Shown here in pieces: positions 58,954 to 64,000 of a stretch of DNA of 64,000 nt. The translations under genes and the position numbers were made by a program. The notes under the pieces are model-generated. The model saw only the letters and a list, made by a program, of their open reading frames with translations, had not been told where the DNA came from and did not search any database. This stretch comes from Candidatus Latescibacterota bacterium (lineage in GTDB: Bacteria; Latescibacterota; UBA2968; UBA8231): NCBI GenBank assembly GCA_965217585.1, contig OZ244561.1, positions 5,184,001-5,248,000 of the forward strand. The letters run 5' to 3'. The stretch's first letter is position 1. Each line of letters begins with the position of its first letter.

Positions 58954-59021
58954 GTATCCGATCTCCGGCAATGCTCGTTAGGCAAAAAATAAGCGGGGTG
59001 GGTCCGATATCGTCAAGCGCG

Positions 59022-59059
59022 AAAAAGCCGGGAACCCCGTGGGGCGTCCCGGCTTTTTT
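59022..59059. terminator. Intrinsic terminator downstream of the ferredoxin
   Basis: aaaaagccggga ... tcccggcttttt. Confidence 0.75.
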
Positions 59060-59077
59060 GCGCGAAGGGCGGGAGTC

Positions 59078-59392
59078 CTAGCTGGTCTTTTCGAATTCGG
59101 CCGCGTGTCCCTGCTTCCACTGGTCCCATTCTTCGGTGTCGTCGCGCAGCTCAAAGTACTTGGTGTTGATCTCGACGAAGCGGTCTTGGTCCTCGGGCAT
59201 GTCCTCTTCGGCGAAGATCGCCTCGACCGGGCACTCCGGCTCGCAGGCACCGCAATCGATGCACTCGTCCGGGTCGATGTAGAGCATGGGTTCGCCGTCG
59301 CCGTCGATTGGATGGATGCAGTCCACGGGGCAAACCTCGACGCAGGCCTTGTCTTTGACGTCTATGCAGGTTTCAGTGATGTAGTAAGCCAT
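59078..59392 (-). CDS. 7Fe ferredoxin (FdxA type)
   Basis: CIDVKDKACVEVCPVDC and CIDCGACEPECP. Confidence 0.93.
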   Translation of the reverse strand: MAYYITETCIDVKDKACVEVCPVDCIHPIDGDGEPMLYIDPDECIDCGACEPECPVEAIFAEEDMPEDQDRFVEINTKYFELRDDTEEWDQWKQGHAAEFEKTS

Positions 59393-59476
59393 GGGTTCCT
59401 CCCAATAAGATGCTATTGCTTCATTGTTTCTTTGAGTTTGGGAACTATCGCAAAAATACGGGCCTCTTTGCCTCTG

Positions 59477-60055
59477 TCAAGCGGCGAGATTGTCCAGCAG
59501 GGTCGCTGTGTCGGCGTCGGTTTGGCAGCGTATTCTCAGGTTGAGGCGTAGCTGAGGGGCTGGGTCGCGCTCCACTGCGTATTCGGCGTCTGCGAAGAGC
59601 TGCGCGAGTAGCGGCCCGAGGGCGGCCCGCAGGGTGTTTTCGCCTACTTCGTCGTTGGTTGCGTTGAGGCGATCGTTGGCTACTAGGAGCACGTCGCCGC
59701 AGCGAAATTTGACTTTGCCCGCTAGGCTGGGCTCTTCTTCGAGGCGTCGGCAGGCGGTGAGCGCAGCTGTGAATGCGCTGGCCAGCCGCTTTGCTAGGTC
59801 GCCATCTGCGGGCTGCTTGCGCGAGTAGAGCAAGCCCAGCTCGGCGCTGTGGTTATCGAGGCTGTAGTTGGCTTCGTGGCCGACGAGCAGGGTCAGCGGT
59901 CCCTCATCTAGATGACTGTAGTCGGCCACGTCGATGAGGACTTCGTCTGGGGTCGTCGGAATCCAACTATTGAATACGCGAAAGGCCTCTTGGGCCGATA
60001 GGGACTTGGGATCTTCGAGATAGAATTTGACGTTGATGCGCTGTAGGGTTTCCAT
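59477..60055 (-). CDS. Hypothetical protein coupled to the sulfite reductase
   Basis: ATG 5 nt after the reductase stop; LIDVADYSH...LLVGHEANY, NDRL. Confidence 0.7.
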   Translation of the reverse strand: METLQRINVKFYLEDPKSLSAQEAFRVFNSWIPTTPDEVLIDVADYSHLDEGPLTLLVGHEANYSLDNHSAELGLLYSRKQPADGDLAKRLASAFTAALTACRRLEEEPSLAGKVKFRCGDVLLVANDRLNATNDEVGENTLRAALGPLLAQLFADAEYAVERDPAPQLRLNLRIRCQTDADTATLLDNLAA

Positions 60056-60060
60056 GGGAC

Positions 60061-62298
<2,238 letters not shown>

Positions 62299-62367
62299 AC
62301 CTTAAACCGCCTCTATGTGGTTGTCGTCCAAATTGACTTTATAACATTAGGGATTTGCAAGAAACTG

Positions 62368-63225
62368 TCAAGATGAGTCGCCCGCTAGTTTGTCTCGCAT
62401 ATAGGCGCGGATTTGCGCCCCCCATTCCGGGTCGTCGAGCGCGTAGTCGATAAAGGCCGCAAAATAAGATAGATGGTTGCCAATGTCGCAGCGCTTTTCG
62501 TCGGCACCTAAGCGCACGGCGCGCACCGGGGCACCGGCGGCGATTAGGGCGGCAATCGCGTCGGTGAGATATACCTCACCACTCGGAGAGGGGACGGTGG
62601 CACGGATGTGGGCGAAAATGGCCGGAGAAAACACGTAGCGCGCACTAACGGCCAAGCGGCTGGAGGTTTGCGCGGGCGTTGGTTTTTCGAGTATGGCGGT
62701 CAGCTTGGAATCTTTGGCTGTGGGCACTTCGGGCACCAAGATGCCGTAGTGATGCATCTGCTCGTCTGGCACCTCGTACGCGCCGATGGTGCAGGCGGCG
62801 CGATGGCGCAGGTGCGAGTCAATCATTCGCTGCAACAGGGGGCGGTCGCTGCATGTGCGCACGATGCTGTCGCCGAAGGCTACGACAAAAGGCTCGCCGG
62901 CAGCAAAGGCCTCCCCGGTGGCGACCGCAGTACCGGTGCCGGGCGGCCGGGGTTGGCACACGGAGAAAAACTCGATGCCGCGCTCGCGATAGCCCAAGCG
63001 GCAGGCCGCCGCGCCGCTGTCGTCGAAGTGATCCTCAATCGCGCTCTTGTCGCGCCTGGTGACGAAGAGGATTTGGCGGATGCCGGCGGTTGCTAGCTCT
63101 TCGACGACGTGGTGGACGACCGGCAGGCGGCCCACCGGCAGCATTTCCTTGGGCAAGGATTTGGTGGTGGGCAGGAGTCGGGTGCCGAGGCCGGCGACCG
63201 GCACGATGGCTTTGGCGATATTCAT
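62368..63225 (-). CDS. galU: UTP--glucose-1-phosphate uridylyltransferase-like
   Basis: KAIVPVAGLGTRLLPTTKSLPKEMLP, LEKP, GEVYLTDAI. Confidence 0.85.
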   Translation of the reverse strand: MNIAKAIVPVAGLGTRLLPTTKSLPKEMLPVGRLPVVHHVVEELATAGIRQILFVTRRDKSAIEDHFDDSGAAACRLGYRERGIEFFSVCQPRPPGTGTAVATGEAFAAGEPFVVAFGDSIVRTCSDRPLLQRMIDSHLRHRAACTIGAYEVPDEQMHHYGILVPEVPTAKDSKLTAILEKPTPAQTSSRLAVSARYVFSPAIFAHIRATVPSPSGEVYLTDAIAALIAAGAPVRAVRLGADEKRCDIGNHLSYFAAFIDYALDDPEWGAQIRAYMRDKLAGDSS

Positions 63226-63266
63226 CAGATGGACTCTCGCAAAAAATATGGTTGTGCTCCGGGCGT

Positions 63267-63295
63267 TTGACAAGCAGTAGGCGGAGCGATATTAT
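63267..63295 (+). promoter_or_regulatory. Sigma70-type promoter
   Basis: TTGACA-17 nt-TATTAT followed by AGGAG RBS. Confidence 0.65.
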
Positions 63296-63328
63296 GGGCG
63301 ATCCACCAGCAAAATAGGAGTTGTTCCC

Positions 63329-64000
63329 ATGAGTGAGGTGCGGCGTTATCCCGCGCTCAGCGAGGACATGCAGGCGCGCGGTTTGAGGGCTATGCTGCGG
63401 ATCTTTGGCCCGGGTGCCATCATCGCCTCGGTGACGATCGGCAGCGGCGAGACGGTCTTCGCCTCGCGGGGCGGAGCGGTATTCGGCTACGGACTGCTGT
63501 GGTGCTTTATCGGCGGCGGCTTGATGAAGTTCGTCCAAGTCTATACGGCGGCGCGCTACATGACCCTAACAGGGGAGCATCCGCTCGAACGCTGGAAGTT
63601 TTTGCCTGGGCCGCAGGGCTGGGCGGTGTGGGTTATGGCGGTGCTGACCGTGCTTTGTTTTCCGCTCTGGCTGTCGGGTTTGCCCAAGATGCTCGGCGGG
63701 CTGACGGTGTGGATCTTGGGCTGTGAGGGGCTGGCTATATGGGGCGATCCCCGCGTGTGGGGCACGGCCTTTGTCGCTTTGGCCATCGCCATTACTATGG
63801 TCCAGAGCTATGGCGCACTGGAGAAATTTCAGACGGTGGTCGTCGGCGTCCTGCTGCTCTCGATCTTGACGGCCGCCGCGGCCGCGCAGCCCGACTGGCT
63901 GGCGGTGCTGATAGGTTCGGTCGTGCCGACCATGCCTGCTTATGATCCTTGGCTGATTAGCAAGTATCCGGCGGTGGCGGCGCGCTCGGCCTGGGTGGAG
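63329..64000 (+). CDS. Nramp-like transporter, 3'-truncated by the window edge (not in ORF track)
   Basis: MSEVRRYP...FGPGAIIASVTIGSGETVFASRGGAVFGYGLLW...ARYMTLTGE; open to the window end. Confidence 0.8.
   Translation, partial: MSEVRRYPALSEDMQARGLRAMLRIFGPGAIIASVTIGSGETVFASRGGAVFGYGLLWCFIGGGLMKFVQVYTAARYMTLTGEHPLERWKFLPGPQGWAVWVMAVLTVLCFPLWLSGLPKMLGGLTVWILGCEGLAIWGDPRVWGTAFVALAIAITMVQSYGALEKFQTVVVGVLLLSILTAAAAAQPDWLAVLIGSVVPTMPAYDPWLISKYPAVAARSAWVE

Overview
GC-rich bacterial chromosomal window. A SusC/SusD pair, a FlgD/T9SS-like 'QNAPNPFN' C-terminal domain and internalin-like LRR proteins suggest an FCB-group organism such as Latescibacterota, possibly host-associated (inference). The housekeeping backbone is dsbD, a GT2, gnd-pgi, addAB, dnaK, uvrB, E1 alpha/beta, a ferredoxin, a sulfite/nitrite reductase, a galU-like gene and an Nramp-like transporter. 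Three accessory blocks interrupt it. (1) A defence island at ~15.6-31.7 kb: Type III R-M res...mod with mostly orphan antitoxins and toxin stubs in and after it, an IetA/IetS ATPase-subtilase pair whose protease has a foreign C-terminus, an orphan ABC-type ATPase and two intact IS elements. (2) A susC-susD pair bracketed by the dnaK 3' end and a diverged 96-bp copy of it. (3) A lower-GC island at ~38.0-45.3 kb holding the best novel-system candidate: a tightly coupled four-gene operon (membrane-anchored tandem-S1/wHTH protein, two coiled-coil proteins, membrane-anchored Upf1-like SF1 helicase) preceded by an unannotated, very acidic 54-aa ORF. Also noted: tandem LRR paralogues whose repeats differ mainly at concave-face codons, and apparent CCWGG depletion in core genes. 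All family calls come from motif recognition by eye; no searches were run.
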